Positions 1-10,620 are shown, counted from the first letter of the stretch. The stretch: DNA of 64,000 bases from Dehalococcoidia bacterium (GCA_040902505.1 JBBDXE010000032.1:261158-325157); one strand, 5' to 3'. Notes: generated by a model not told the origin, from the sequence alone. Numbers and translations are program-made.

Positions 1-1
1 T

Positions 2-907
2 TCGAACAAGGGTACGTTCGGGCGCGTGCTCGTCGTCGCCGGGTCATCGAGCTACGTGGGCGCCCCGCGGCTGGCGGCGGAAGCGGCGTACCGCGTGGGG
101 GCGGGGCTGGTGACGGTCGCCTGCGCGGCACAAGTACAGCCATCGATCGCGCCGGCGCTGCCGGAGGCGACGTACCTTCCGTACGAGAGCGAGTCAGGCG
201 CGCTGACCCCTGCCGCCGGACGCGAGATCATCGAGGCGCTCGACAGCTACGACGTGCTGCTGATCGGCCCCGGCCTGAGCCAGGCGCCGGGCGTGGGCGA
301 CGTGGTCGCGGGGATCCTCGCGAAGGTGCCCGAGCGAGCCGCCGCGTGCGTGATCGACGCGGACGCCCTGAACGCGCTCGCGCAGCAGCCAGCGTGGTCG
401 AAGCAGATCACCCGGCCCTGCGTGCTGACGCCGCACGCCGGCGAGATGTCCCGCTTGCTCGGCGCGACGGTCGAGGCTGTGCAGGGCGACCGGCTCGGCG
501 TCGCGGTGAAGGCGGCGGCGGAGTGGAGGCAGGCCGTCGTGCTCAAGGGCGCCCACACCGTCATCGCCGCTCCTGACGGACGCGCCTGCGTCAGCCCGCA
601 CGCCAACCCGCTGCTCGCCACCGCCGGCACGGGGGACGTGTTGGCGGGCGCCATCGCGGGCCTTCTGGCGCAGGGGATGGCGCCGTTCGAGGCGGCCTGC
701 TGCGGGGTCTTCCTGCACGGCCTGGCCGCCGAGGAAGCCGGCGACGCGCTCGGCGACCGGGGCATGCTCGCGGGCGACCTGCTCCCGGCCCTGCCCCGCG
801 CCATCCGCACCGCACGTGAGGGCAGGCTCGCCCGGTCGTTCGCACGGCCGGGGCACGGCGGACTGGGGGCGCTGGGCGGAGACGCGTCGCTGTCCGAGCC
901 GAGTTGA
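2..907 (+). CDS. NAD(P)H-hydrate dehydratase (YjeF C-terminal/Nnr domain), 5'-truncated by window edge
   Basis: Translation has the GAPRLAAEAAYRVGAGLV and GTGDVLAG motifs of the ADP-dependent NAD(P)HX dehydratase. The reading frame is open from base 2. Confidence 0.75.
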   Translation, partial: SNKGTFGRVLVVAGSSSYVGAPRLAAEAAYRVGAGLVTVACAAQVQPSIAPALPEATYLPYESESGALTPAAGREIIEALDSYDVLLIGPGLSQAPGVGDVVAGILAKVPERAAACVIDADALNALAQQPAWSKQITRPCVLTPHAGEMSRLLGATVEAVQGDRLGVAVKAAAEWRQAVVLKGAHTVIAAPDGRACVSPHANPLLATAGTGDVLAGAIAGLLAQGMAPFEAACCGVFLHGLAAEEAGDALGDRGMLAGDLLPALPRAIRTAREGRLARSFARPGHGGLGALGGDASLSEPS

Positions 908-945
908 TCGCGACGGCGGCGACGCTTCGGCCGCGCCAGGGCCGT

Positions 946-2304
946 TCACCCCGCCATCCGCTGGATGAGCTGAATGGATACGCCATTCGCCGCGCTCTTG
1001 TTGATCCGGGCGATCATCGTCCCCGGCCACACCCCCGGCTCCGGGTCGGACACAGGGACGCCCTTCACGCGCAAGTCGGACACCGCCGCGGCGAGGTCGT
1101 CGACCGCGAGGGAGATCGAGAACATGCCAGCCCCCCGCTCCGCGATCGCCTTCGCGATGCGGTGGTCCTCGGTGAGCGGCTGCGCCAGCTCGACGAAGGC
1201 ATTCCCCGCGGGCAGCTTCGCCAGCCGCATGTGCGTGCCCTCAGGCGTCACGTCGTCTGAGACGCGCAGACCCAGCAGGTCCGCCCACTTCGCGGACGTC
1301 GCATCTACATCCGAGACGGACAGCACCACATGGTCGAGCGCGCCCAGCGTAAACGCGCGACGCTGGGCCGCGTTGTCGAACGCGCTGCCCTGTGCTTTCC
1401 GAGCCTCGGGCCGGAAGGACTCCACCGCGTGTTCGATGAGCAGCGTCGCCAGGCCGTGCGTGCGGTCGCCGCGCACGGTCGCGACGCGGGTGCCAGGCTT
1501 CGCGCCGGCACGCGGGCCCGAGACCTCGAAGCCTGCTGCGGCCAACCGCCTGCACGTCGCCTCGGCGTCGTCGACGCCCCACGCCATGCCCCACAGACGG
1601 TCCGGCCGGCTCAGCCCCTCTTCCGTCTGCACGGCACCGCCGCTGATCTCGACTGTCACGTCGCCCAGGCGGAAGAAGAGGATGCGGGCGTTGCGGTCGG
1701 GGAACGTCCGATCGAGCGCCAGCCGCGCCCCCAGCACGCCCGCCCACAGCCGCCGCGACGCCTCGAGGTCCGTCGACAGCACCACGACGTGGTCGGCGCG
1801 CCGCACCGCCGAGCTTTCGGACGCATCGAACGGCGCCACGGGCAGAGCGTCGGCGTGGGACCGATGTTCGATGAACAGCAGCCTGACGCCTCGCGTGTCC
1901 CGCAGCGGCGCCGGCGCGTTCCGCCAGTGGCGACGCTCTCCCGTCAGCTCGTCGAAACCTTCGCCATCCGCAGCGTCGTGCAGCTCGACGCCTTTTGCGC
2001 GCAGCTCGCGCACGGTTTCGTCGACGCCCGGTGTGGTGAGGGCGAGCATGAACAGCCCCTCGCCGTGCTCGTCCAGGAAGTTCCCAAGCTCGCGGGGCCA
2101 GCGGCTGGCGCTCCCACCATCCCCACCGACCCCGAGCAGCTCCACGTACGTGTTCTCGATGCGGAAGAGCACGTTGCGCGTCCCGTAGGAGGGGTGAGTG
2201 CCGCGCCAGGACGGCAGCCGGCCCAACAGCGCCGTGTAGTCGTCGGTGGCGGCGTCGAGGTCACGTACGGCGATGACGATGTGGTCCAGTCGCAGGTCGC
2301 TCAC
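946..2304 (-). CDS. VOC (glyoxalase/bleomycin-resistance/dioxygenase) family protein with at least three tandem VOC modules
   Basis: The DHIVIAV / DHVVVLS / DHVVLSV beta-alpha-beta-beta-beta module starts recur three times. The GTG start at 2304 overlaps the upstream stop as GTGA. Confidence 0.6.
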   Translation of the reverse strand: MSDLRLDHIVIAVRDLDAATDDYTALLGRLPSWRGTHPSYGTRNVLFRIENTYVELLGVGGDGGSASRWPRELGNFLDEHGEGLFMLALTTPGVDETVRELRAKGVELHDAADGEGFDELTGERRHWRNAPAPLRDTRGVRLLFIEHRSHADALPVAPFDASESSAVRRADHVVVLSTDLEASRRLWAGVLGARLALDRTFPDRNARILFFRLGDVTVEISGGAVQTEEGLSRPDRLWGMAWGVDDAEATCRRLAAAGFEVSGPRAGAKPGTRVATVRGDRTHGLATLLIEHAVESFRPEARKAQGSAFDNAAQRRAFTLGALDHVVLSVSDVDATSAKWADLLGLRVSDDVTPEGTHMRLAKLPAGNAFVELAQPLTEDHRIAKAIAERGAGMFSISLAVDDLAAAVSDLRVKGVPVSDPEPGVWPGTMIARINKSAANGVSIQLIQRMAG

Positions 2305-2706
2305 GACGCCACCGGCTCGCAAAGCTCGACCAGCGTCCCGTCGAGAGCGCTCGGGTGGAGGAAGCAGATCCGGCCGGCGAGGCCGTCGCGCGGCTCCTGG
2401 TCGATCAGCTCCACTTGCTTCTGCTTCAGTCCCGCCAGATCGGTGTCGACACTGAGCACTTCGAAGCAGAGGTGGTGCAGCCCCTCGCCGCGGCGCTCCA
2501 GATAGCGCGCGACGCCTGTATCCGGCGCCACGGGTTCCAGCAGCTCGATCTCGCTGTCGCCGAGCGTGAGGAGCGCCGCCTTCACACCCTGATCCTCGAT
2601 CATCTCCTGTCTGTGGACGTGGAGGCCGAGCGTGTCGCGGTAGAAGCGCATCGCCTGCTCCATGTCCCGCACGACGATGCCGATGTGGTGCACCTTCTTA
2701 ATCATA
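2301..2706 (-). CDS. mce: methylmalonyl-CoA epimerase (VOC fold)
   Basis: MIKKVHHIGIVVRDMEQAMRFY...GEGLHHLCFEV is a typical Mce sequence. ATG at 2706 is the first Met of the conserved N-terminus. Confidence 0.8.
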
Positions 2707-2748
2707 GTGCGCGGAGTGTAGCGGAGGGCGGCGGCTTGCGAAACGCGT

Positions 2749-4062
2749 TCAGACCCGATAGAGGCGCGCTGCCTCGCGGCGCAACTCCACGCGGAAGTCC
2801 GGATGGGCAATGGCGATCAGCTCGTCGATGCGCTTCCGCAACGACCTTCCCTTCAGCCGCGCGATGCCGTACTCGGTCACGAAGAGGTCAGCGTAGACCC
2901 GCGGCACGGTGACCGCCGTCCCCTCCGGGAGCACCGGCAGGATGCGCGACCGGCGCTCGCCGTCGACGACCGACGTAGACGGGAGGACCATCACGGAGCG
3001 CCCGTTCTTTGCGTGCAGCGCGCCGACGTGGAACGCGAATGCGCCGCCGGTCCCGCTGTAGATCTCCGGCCCGATGGTCTCGCCGTCGATCTGGCCGGTG
3101 AGGTCGACCAGCAGCGCGTTGTTCACCGCCACCATGTTCTCGTGGGCGGCGATGATGGCGATGTCGTTCGTGTGGCTCATGCAGTACAGCTCGTAGCGCA
3201 TGTCGCCGTCTACCCGCGCGAACTCCTCCTGCGAGTACGGCCCGAACGACGCCCCGACGACCTTCCCGGGATGGAGCGTCTTGCGGGCGCCGGTGACCAC
3301 GCCGGCGTCGACAAGGTCGGGGATGCCGCCGAAGATCAGCTCGGTGTGTACGCCGAGGTCTCGCCGGTGGGAGAGGAACGGCGCCAGCGCCGCCGACACT
3401 GTGCCGGTGCCCATCTGCAGCGTATCGCCGTCCTGTACGATCTCCGTGGCCACCAGCGAACAGATCACCTCGGCGATGCCGGTCTCCTCGTCAGTCCGGG
3501 GCGGACGTCGCAGATACTTCCACTCACGCGGCGCCTCGACCAGGTTCTCGAAACGCGAGACGTGGATGCGATTGTCGCCCCCGGTGCGGATCAGCCGATC
3601 GTTGACCTCGCCGATCAGATGCGTCGCCTCCCGCGCGACCTCCGGCGCTCCCCACACGCTCATGCCGAAGCTGCACCAGCCCTCCGCGTCCGGCGGCGAG
3701 ACGGCGACCAGGAAGACGTCAGGCTTGCGGTCCAGCCAGTAGCTCTGGTCGGCGCGGATCGGCGGCGCGATCACGTAGTCCAGCAGCCCCTTCCGCATGG
3801 GCGGCCGGTCTGTCGCCTGGAGGAAGAACGTCCGGACCGTGAAGCCGTTCGGCCGGTCGTCGGACCACCACGACACGAACGTCGCGATGGAGTTCTCGAT
3901 CTCGACGTCGCGCAGCTTATCGGCCCGCGCCGCCAGCGCGCGGCAGAGCGCCAGTGGCGTCTGGTAGTGCATGCCGATGACGACGCGGTCGCCGTCCCTG
4001 ACCGTGCGCACCGCCTTCTCGGGCGTGGTGACCTGCTCGGCGTAGCGTTCGCGCCAGTCCAA
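2749..4062 (-). CDS. acetyl-CoA hydrolase/transferase family protein (4-hydroxybutyrate / succinyl-CoA:acetate CoA-transferase-like)
   Basis: 437 aa with conserved CoA-transferase family motifs. A paralog lies at 16435-17748. Confidence 0.75.
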   Translation of the reverse strand: MDWRERYAEQVTTPEKAVRTVRDGDRVVIGMHYQTPLALCRALAARADKLRDVEIENSIATFVSWWSDDRPNGFTVRTFFLQATDRPPMRKGLLDYVIAPPIRADQSYWLDRKPDVFLVAVSPPDAEGWCSFGMSVWGAPEVAREATHLIGEVNDRLIRTGGDNRIHVSRFENLVEAPREWKYLRRPPRTDEETGIAEVICSLVATEIVQDGDTLQMGTGTVSAALAPFLSHRRDLGVHTELIFGGIPDLVDAGVVTGARKTLHPGKVVGASFGPYSQEEFARVDGDMRYELYCMSHTNDIAIIAAHENMVAVNNALLVDLTGQIDGETIGPEIYSGTGGAFAFHVGALHAKNGRSVMVLPSTSVVDGERRSRILPVLPEGTAVTVPRVYADLFVTEYGIARLKGRSLRKRIDELIAIAHPDFRVELRREAARLYRV

Positions 4063-4148
4063 TGCTTCCCCTCCGGTTAGGATGGGGTGAGGCTAACAGC
4101 GCCGGCCGGGCCGGGCAACGCAGTCGGCCAGACGCGATCGGAGGAGAC

Positions 4149-5372
4149 ATGGCCCACACCGAGATCACCATGTACGGCACACTCTGGTGCGGCGACTGCA
4201 AGCGCACCAAGCAGTTCTTCGGCGAGCAGCGCGTGCACTACGACTTCGTCGACATCGACGCCAATCCCGAGGGCATCGCCGTCGTGGAGCGTGCGAACGG
4301 CGGAAGGCACATCATCCCGGTGCTCCTGTTCGGCGATGGGTCGACGCTGGTCGAGCCTTCGAACGCCGAGCTGGCGGCGAAACTGGGGTTGCGGACGGCG
4401 GCGAAGCGCGTTTTCTACGACCTGATCGTCGTCGGCAGCGGGCCGGCTGGGCTGACGGCGGCGCTGTACGCCGCGCGCGAGGGTATCGATACGCTGGTGA
4501 TCGAGCGGGCGGGAGTGGGCGGGCAGGCGGGCGTCACCGAGCTGCTGGACAACTTCCCCGGCTTCCCGGAGGGGATCAGCGGGGCTGACTTCGCCGACAG
4601 GCTGCGCCGTCAGGCCGAACGCTTCGGCGTGGAGATCCTGTCGGCGCAGGAGGTGGTGTCGGTCGGCGTCGAGGAGGGATACCGCGTAGTGCGCACTGCG
4701 AGCGGCGAGGAGTACCGGGCGTGGGCCGTACTGCTCGCGCTCGGCTCGACGTACCGGCGGCTCGGCGTGGCGGGCGAGGACGACTTCATCGGGGCGGGGG
4801 TGCACTTCTGCGCCACCTGCGACGCCGCGTTCTACCGCGGCCGCGAGGTGCTGGTGGTGGGCGGGGGAAACTCCGCCGGGGAGGAGAGCATCTTCCTCAC
4901 GAAGTTCGCCAGCAAGGTCATCATCGCCACGCGTGACGGACAGCTCTCCGCCAGCCGCGTGGTCGTCGAGAAGGTGGAGGAGCACCCGCAGATCGAGGTG
5001 CTCACTCACACGACCCCCGCGGAGTTCCGCGGCGACGGCAAACTCTCCTCGGTTGTGCTGAAGGACACGCGCACCGGAGAGCTGCGGGAGATCACGCCCG
5101 CGGGCGTCTTCGTCTTCATCGGGTTGACGCCGAACACAGCCCTCGTGCGGGATCAGGTGGCCACCGACGAGATGGGCTTCATCACGACGGACTTGGGCCT
5201 GCAGGCCAGCGTCGCGGGGATTTTCGCCGCGGGGGACTGCCGCGCGGGGAGCACGAAGCAGGCGGCGTCGGCTGCGGGGGAGGGGGCCGCCGTGGCGCTC
5301 TCGATCCGCCGGTACATCCAGCCGCTTGCGGGCGGGATGCCGGTGCACGAGATGGAGCCTGCCTCGGCGTAG
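4149..5372 (+). CDS. trxB: thioredoxin-disulfide reductase with N-terminal mycoredoxin/NrdH-like glutaredoxin domain (fusion)
   Basis: N-terminal ITMYGTLWCGDCKRTK...NGGRHIIPVLLFGDGSTLVEPS resembles mycoredoxin-1 (CGxC). The remainder is canonical TrxB: FAD GxGxxG, CATCD redox motif and NADPH site. GGAGGAG RBS upstream of ATG 4149. Confidence 0.75.
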   Translation: MAHTEITMYGTLWCGDCKRTKQFFGEQRVHYDFVDIDANPEGIAVVERANGGRHIIPVLLFGDGSTLVEPSNAELAAKLGLRTAAKRVFYDLIVVGSGPAGLTAALYAAREGIDTLVIERAGVGGQAGVTELLDNFPGFPEGISGADFADRLRRQAERFGVEILSAQEVVSVGVEEGYRVVRTASGEEYRAWAVLLALGSTYRRLGVAGEDDFIGAGVHFCATCDAAFYRGREVLVVGGGNSAGEESIFLTKFASKVIIATRDGQLSASRVVVEKVEEHPQIEVLTHTTPAEFRGDGKLSSVVLKDTRTGELREITPAGVFVFIGLTPNTALVRDQVATDEMGFITTDLGLQASVAGIFAAGDCRAGSTKQAASAAGEGAAVALSIRRYIQPLAGGMPVHEMEPASA

Positions 5373-5463
5373 CGGGCTGCTGACTCGTCCTGTCAGGAGG
5401 ACGGTCAGCCCGCGTTGCCAGCGCTGATCGCGCGGGCTTACACTGCTCGCACCGATCGAACGT

Positions 5464-8400
5464 TTGTACGCGCACGCCCGACAGGTCTTTTTCGTGAATG
5501 TGCTCTCCACCTTCCACCCCGCCGTACGCACGTGGTTCGAGCGGCGCTTCCCCGCCGCTACGGAGGCACAGCTGCGCGGCTGGAGCGCCATTCGCGAAGG
5601 GCGCGACACGCTCGTCGCGGCGCCGACCGGCTCCGGCAAGACGCTCGCCGCCTTTATGTCGAGTATCGATGAGCTGCTGCGGCGCGGCATCGACGGCGAC
5701 CTGCTGGACGGCGCCATCGACGTTGTCTATGTCTCGCCGCTGAAGGCGCTCAGCAACGACATCCAGCGCAACCTCGAGACGCCGCTCCTGGAGATCCGCG
5801 AAATGGCCCGGGAGCTGGGCCTGGAGGCGCCGGAGATCCGGACCGCGCTGCGCACCGGCGACACCACCCAGGCCGAACGGGCCGCGATCTTGCGGCATGC
5901 GCCGCACATCCTCATCACCACGCCGGAATCGCTGTACCTGATGCTCACCGCCGAGCGCAGCCGCGCGCTCCTCACGAAGGTACGGACGGTGATCGTCGAC
6001 GAGCTGCACGCCCTGATGCGCGACAAGCGCGGCAGCCACCTGATGCTCACACTCGCCCGGCTCGACGCGCTCTGCGAGCGCCGGCCGCTGCGGATCGGCC
6101 TCTCGGCGACGATTCATCCTATCGAGGACGCGGCGCGCTTCCTCGTCGGCACACCCCACGTCGCCGCGGACGGGACGCCCGCCTGCACCATCGTCGACGT
6201 CGGCCACCAGCGCGACCTCGACCTCCTCGTCGAGGTACCGCCCACGGACCTGCAGGCGGTGCCTACCGGCGAACAGTGGTCGGACATCTACGACCGCCTC
6301 GCGGAGCTGATCGCGGAGCACCGCACCACGCTCGTCTTCACAAACACGCGCCGCACCGCCGAGCGCGTCGCGCATCATCTCAGCGAACGCCTGGGCGCCG
6401 AGCACGTGGGCGCACACCACGGCAGCCTCTCGAAAGAGCGCCGGCTGAAAGTCGAACAGCGGCTGAAGGCAGGCGAGATGCGCGCGATCGTGGCGACGGC
6501 ATCGCTGGAGCTGGGGATCGACGTGGGGACGGTGGACCTCGTGTGCCAGATCGGCTCGCCGCGGGCGGTCACGACGTTCCTGCAGCGCATAGGCCGTTCC
6601 GGGCACGCGCTGGGTCTGGTGTCGCGGGGGCGCCTCTTCGCCACGTCACGCGACGAGCTGGTCGAGTGTGCGGCCCTGATCCGCGCGGTGCGAGCGGGCA
6701 TGCTCGACCGCGTCGAGCCGCCGGTGGCGCCGCTCGACATCCTTGCGCAGCAGATCGTCGCCGAGTGCGCCTGCCGCCCGTGGGGCGAGGATGAGCTGTA
6801 CGAGATGGTGCAACAGGCTACGCCGTACGCCTCGCTCTCCCGCGACGACTTCGACGACGTGATCGAGATCCTGAGCGAAGGCCCGGCCGAACGCATCGGC
6901 CGGGGGCGCGGCGCCTACCTGCACCGGGACCAGATCGCCCGCACCGTTCGCGGGCGCCGCTCGGCGCGCCTCATCGCCCTCACCTGCGGCGGGGCCATCC
7001 CCGAGCTGGCCGACTACCGCGTGGTACTCGACCCGGACGAGACAGTGCTCGGCACCGTCGACGAGGACTGGGCGATCGAGAGCATGGCCGGCGACGTGTT
7101 CCTGCTTGGCACACACTCCTGGAAGATCCGGCGGATCGAGTCGGCGCGGGGAGTGGTGCGGGTGGAGGACGGGCACGGCCAGCCGCCCAGTGTGCCCTTC
7201 TGGCTCGGCGAAGCACCCTCTCGCACGTGGGAGCTGTCCGGCGAGGTCAGCCGTCTCCGCCGCGACGCGGTCGAGCGCATCGAACGGGATGAGGACGTCG
7301 TGAGCTGGCTGGCCGCGGAGTGCGCGCTGGGCCGTGCGGCGGCGATGCAAATGGCGGACTACCTCGCGGCGCAGCTCGGCGCCGTCGGCATCGTCCCGTC
7401 CGATACAGACGTGCTCTTCGAGCGCTTCTTCGACGACGCCGGCGGCATGCAGCTGGTGGTGCACGCGCCGTTCGGGGGCCGGGTGAACCGTGCGTTCGGG
7501 CTGGCGCTCCGCAAGCGGTTTTGCGTGAACTTCGACTTTGAACTGCAGGCGGCGGCCACCGACGACTCCGTCGTCCTCTCGATGGGGTCGCAGCACAGCT
7601 TCCCCCTCGAAGATGCCTTCCACTTCGTGCATTCGAACGTCCTGCGGGAATCGCTGGAGCAGGCGATCCTGGTGACGCCGATGTTCGGGGCGCGCTGGCG
7701 CTGGAACGCCACGCGGGCGCTGGCTGTGCCGCGGCAGAACGGCGGCCGTCGCGTCCCGCCTCCGATCCAGCGCATCCGCTCCGACGACCTCCTGGCCGCC
7801 GTCTTCCCGGAGCAGGTAGGGTGTCAGGAGAACATCACCGGCCCGCTGCCCATCCCCGACCATCCCCTGATCAAGCAGACGGTCGCCGACTGCCTGTACG
7901 AGGCGATGGACATCGTCCGGCTCACCGACATCCTCAAGCGGATGGAGCGCGGCGAGATCCGCCTGCACGCCCGGGACACGACAGAGCCGTCACCGTTCGC
8001 ACACGAGATCCTGAACGCGAAACCCTACGCCTTCCTCGACGACGCACCCCTGGAGGAGCGCCGCACGCGCGCGGTCTCGTTGCGCCGGACGCTGCCGGCA
8101 CACGCGCGCGACCTCGGCCAGCTCGACACCGAGGCGATCGAGCGCGTCCGGGAGGAGGCGCGCCCCGAGCCACGCGACGCCGACGAGTTGCACGACTTTC
8201 TGCTCGGTGTGACCGTCGCTCGCGCGGACCAGTGCGGCGCCTGGCGGCCATGGTTCGACGAGCTGGTCGAAGCCGGCCGGTCAGCCACCATCCGCACTGA
8301 GGCCGGCGACATGTGGTCCGCCACGGAGTGCCTCCGCGCCGCGCGGGCCCTGTACCCGGACGCCGGCATCGTCCCCGCCGTGCGCATCCCCGCGCACCTC

Positions 8401-9798
8401 GACGGGCCGCCTCCCGAGCGCGAGGAAGCCGTCCTGGCCGTCGTGCGGGGCCACGTGGAATACCGGGGGCCGGTGACGGCGGCGCAGATCGCCGAGGAGT
8501 TCGGCTTCACGCCCGGCGAGGTAACCTCGGCGATGGCCCGCCTCGAAGGCGAAGGCCTGGTGCTGCGCGGGCGCTTCACCCCCGGCACGGACGGCGAGGA
8601 GTTGTGCGACCGGCGCCTGCTGGCCCGCATCCACCGCTACACGCTCGACCGGCTGCGGCGGGAGATCGAGCCGGTGGGCGCTCAGGACTTCATGCGGTAC
8701 CTGCTGGAGCGCCAGCACGTCGCCGGGGGCCGGCGCCTCGAAGGCAAGCGCGGCCTGCTCGAGGCCATCGCGCAACTGCAGGGCTTCGAGATCGCGGCGG
8801 CGGCGTGGGAACGAGACGTGCTGCCGTCGCGGGTCGCCTCCTACAACCCGCAGTGGCTCGACGAACTGTGCCTCGCCGGTGACGTCGCCTGGGCGCGGCT
8901 CTCGCTGCGCAAGAGCAACGGTGCGACGCGCGCCGTCTCCCCCTCCCGGGGGACGCCGATCACGCTCGCACTGCGCCGCGACCTGCCGTGGCTGCTGGAG
9001 TCCGTCCGCGGCGACACCGAGCCGGAGGACCCCTCGAGCGGCGTCGCCGCCGCCGCGCTCGAAGCGCTCCGGCAGCACGGCGCGCTCTTCTTCGACGACA
9101 TTGCGGCGGCGGCGCGGCAGCTCCCCGTCCAGATCGAGGAGGCGCTCTGGGATCTGGTTTCGCGCGGCATCGTCACCGGCGACGCGTTCTCGGCGTTGCG
9201 GCGCATCATGACGCCGGCAGGATCGCGATCCCGGGCGGCACGCCGCCACGCCCGCTACGGTGCGGCGCGGCTGCCCCGGCTGGCGACGCCGCAGGGCCGC
9301 TGGTCGATCGTGCAGCGCTTTGCGGCCGCCGCCACGCCCTCCGACGAGCTGGCGGAGGCCGTCGGGATGCAGCTGCTCGCGCGCTACGGCGTCGTGTTCC
9401 GCGACCTCGTCGCAAGAGAGAACCTCGGCGTGCCCTGGCGCGACGTGTTGCGGGCGCTGCGGCGACAGGAGGCGCGCGGCGTGGTGCGCGGCGGCCGCTT
9501 CGTGTCTGGCTTCATCGGCGAGCAGTACGCGCTGCCAGACGCCGTCGAGGGGCTGCGCCGCGTGCGCAAGCAAGAGCGCACGGGCGAGACGGTGCGGGTC
9601 AACGCCTGCGACCCGCTGAACCTCTGCGGCATCATCACCCCCGGCCCGCGCGTGGCGGCACTGCACACCAACGCCGTGATCTTCCGCGATGGTGTTCCGG
9701 TCGCAGTGGAAGAGGGGCGGACCGTGCGCTCGCTCGAAGATGACGGCGAAGCGGCGCTGCGGGAGGTCCTCGCGGCTCCTCATCTCAGCGTTCCCTGA
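5464..9798 (+). CDS. lhr: Lhr-like ATP-dependent DEAD/DEAH-box helicase (large helicase-related protein)
   Basis: 1444 aa with the N-terminal FHPAVRTWF...AAPTGSGKT Walker A and DEXH helicase core, then the long Lhr C-terminal extension. The true start may be GTG 5494. Confidence 0.8.
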   Translation: MYAHARQVFFVNVLSTFHPAVRTWFERRFPAATEAQLRGWSAIREGRDTLVAAPTGSGKTLAAFMSSIDELLRRGIDGDLLDGAIDVVYVSPLKALSNDIQRNLETPLLEIREMARELGLEAPEIRTALRTGDTTQAERAAILRHAPHILITTPESLYLMLTAERSRALLTKVRTVIVDELHALMRDKRGSHLMLTLARLDALCERRPLRIGLSATIHPIEDAARFLVGTPHVAADGTPACTIVDVGHQRDLDLLVEVPPTDLQAVPTGEQWSDIYDRLAELIAEHRTTLVFTNTRRTAERVAHHLSERLGAEHVGAHHGSLSKERRLKVEQRLKAGEMRAIVATASLELGIDVGTVDLVCQIGSPRAVTTFLQRIGRSGHALGLVSRGRLFATSRDELVECAALIRAVRAGMLDRVEPPVAPLDILAQQIVAECACRPWGEDELYEMVQQATPYASLSRDDFDDVIEILSEGPAERIGRGRGAYLHRDQIARTVRGRRSARLIALTCGGAIPELADYRVVLDPDETVLGTVDEDWAIESMAGDVFLLGTHSWKIRRIESARGVVRVEDGHGQPPSVPFWLGEAPSRTWELSGEVSRLRRDAVERIERDEDVVSWLAAECALGRAAAMQMADYLAAQLGAVGIVPSDTDVLFERFFDDAGGMQLVVHAPFGGRVNRAFGLALRKRFCVNFDFELQAAATDDSVVLSMGSQHSFPLEDAFHFVHSNVLRESLEQAILVTPMFGARWRWNATRALAVPRQNGGRRVPPPIQRIRSDDLLAAVFPEQVGCQENITGPLPIPDHPLIKQTVADCLYEAMDIVRLTDILKRMERGEIRLHARDTTEPSPFAHEILNAKPYAFLDDAPLEERRTRAVSLRRTLPAHARDLGQLDTEAIERVREEARPEPRDADELHDFLLGVTVARADQCGAWRPWFDELVEAGRSATIRTEAGDMWSATECLRAARALYPDAGIVPAVRIPAHLDGPPPEREEAVLAVVRGHVEYRGPVTAAQIAEEFGFTPGEVTSAMARLEGEGLVLRGRFTPGTDGEELCDRRLLARIHRYTLDRLRREIEPVGAQDFMRYLLERQHVAGGRRLEGKRGLLEAIAQLQGFEIAAAAWERDVLPSRVASYNPQWLDELCLAGDVAWARLSLRKSNGATRAVSPSRGTPITLALRRDLPWLLESVRGDTEPEDPSSGVAAAALEALRQHGALFFDDIAAAARQLPVQIEEALWDLVSRGIVTGDAFSALRRIMTPAGSRSRAARRHARYGAARLPRLATPQGRWSIVQRFAAAATPSDELAEAVGMQLLARYGVVFRDLVARENLGVPWRDVLRALRRQEARGVVRGGRFVSGFIGEQYALPDAVEGLRRVRKQERTGETVRVNACDPLNLCGIITPGPRVAALHTNAVIFRDGVPVAVEEGRTVRSLEDDGEAALREVLAAPHLSVP

Positions 9799-9819
9799 AT
9801 TGGTCCGAGGAGGAGTACC

Positions 9820-10620
9820 GTGCCCGCTCACACCCATCTCAGCGTCGAACGCGACGGCGGCGTCGTTACGGTCACGATGAACAACCCGCCCCGCAACCTG
9901 CTCAACGCACCGATGGTCCGTGAGCTGACGTCCGTGGCGGAAGAACTCGACGGCGACGAGTCGGCGCGCGTGCTCGTCCTCACCGGCGGCGCCGATGGCA
10001 TCTTCATCACACACTACGACGTGGCGGAACTGTCGTCGGTGTCAGACGCGGCCCGGGAGCGGGATTCGGTCGGTGGCGGGTCCGACCTGCACGAGATGCA
10101 CCGCCTGCTGCTGAAGCTGCAGTCGCTGCCGCAGCCGGTGATCGCCGCCATCAATGGCACGGCGATGGGCGGCGGCTGCGAGCTGGCGCTCGCCTGCGAC
10201 TTCCGCATCATGGCCCGCCGGGGCGTCATCGGTCTGCCGGAGGTGCGCGTCGGCATCCTCCCCGGCGCAGGCGGCACGCAACGGATGACGCGGCTGCTCG
10301 GCGCGGCGAAGGCGCTGGAGCTGATGCTCCTCGGCGACGCGCTGGACGCGGATGCTGCCGCCGGCGTGGGGCTCGTGCATCGCGCCGTCGATGCCGGCCG
10401 CCTGACGGAGGAGGTGACGGCCCTGGCGCGAGAGCTGGCTTCGCGTCCGCGGATCAGCCTCGCCGAGATCAAGCAGTGCGTGCTGCGCGGCGGTGAGATG
10501 CCCCTGCTGGACGGCCTTCGCTTCGAGCAGGACGCGTTCTGGCGCACGATGCGCTCCGACGATGCCTCGCGCTTGATGCGCGCATATCTCAAGAGCGAAC
10601 GCCCGCTGAACGAACAGTAG
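9820..10620 (+). CDS. enoyl-CoA hydratase/isomerase (crotonase) family protein
   Basis: Crotonase-fold motifs INGTAMGGGCELALACDFRI and GLPEVRVGILPGAGGTQR. GTG start follows an AGGAGGAG RBS. Confidence 0.8.
   Translation: MPAHTHLSVERDGGVVTVTMNNPPRNLLNAPMVRELTSVAEELDGDESARVLVLTGGADGIFITHYDVAELSSVSDAARERDSVGGGSDLHEMHRLLLKLQSLPQPVIAAINGTAMGGGCELALACDFRIMARRGVIGLPEVRVGILPGAGGTQRMTRLLGAAKALELMLLGDALDADAAAGVGLVHRAVDAGRLTEEVTALARELASRPRISLAEIKQCVLRGGEMPLLDGLRFEQDAFWRTMRSDDASRLMRAYLKSERPLNEQ

Noticed and set aside
4077-5717. 546-aa minus-strand ORF antisense to the trxB fusion gene. Similar long antisense ORFs occur at 8281-10014, 25580-26812, 26665-28068, 40744-42921, 45169-46503, 60649-62439 and 62208-63929.
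   Set aside because: These are Arg/Pro/Gly-rich translations typical of the antisense strand of high-GC genes. Each is fully covered by a well-supported gene with recognisable motifs on the other strand.
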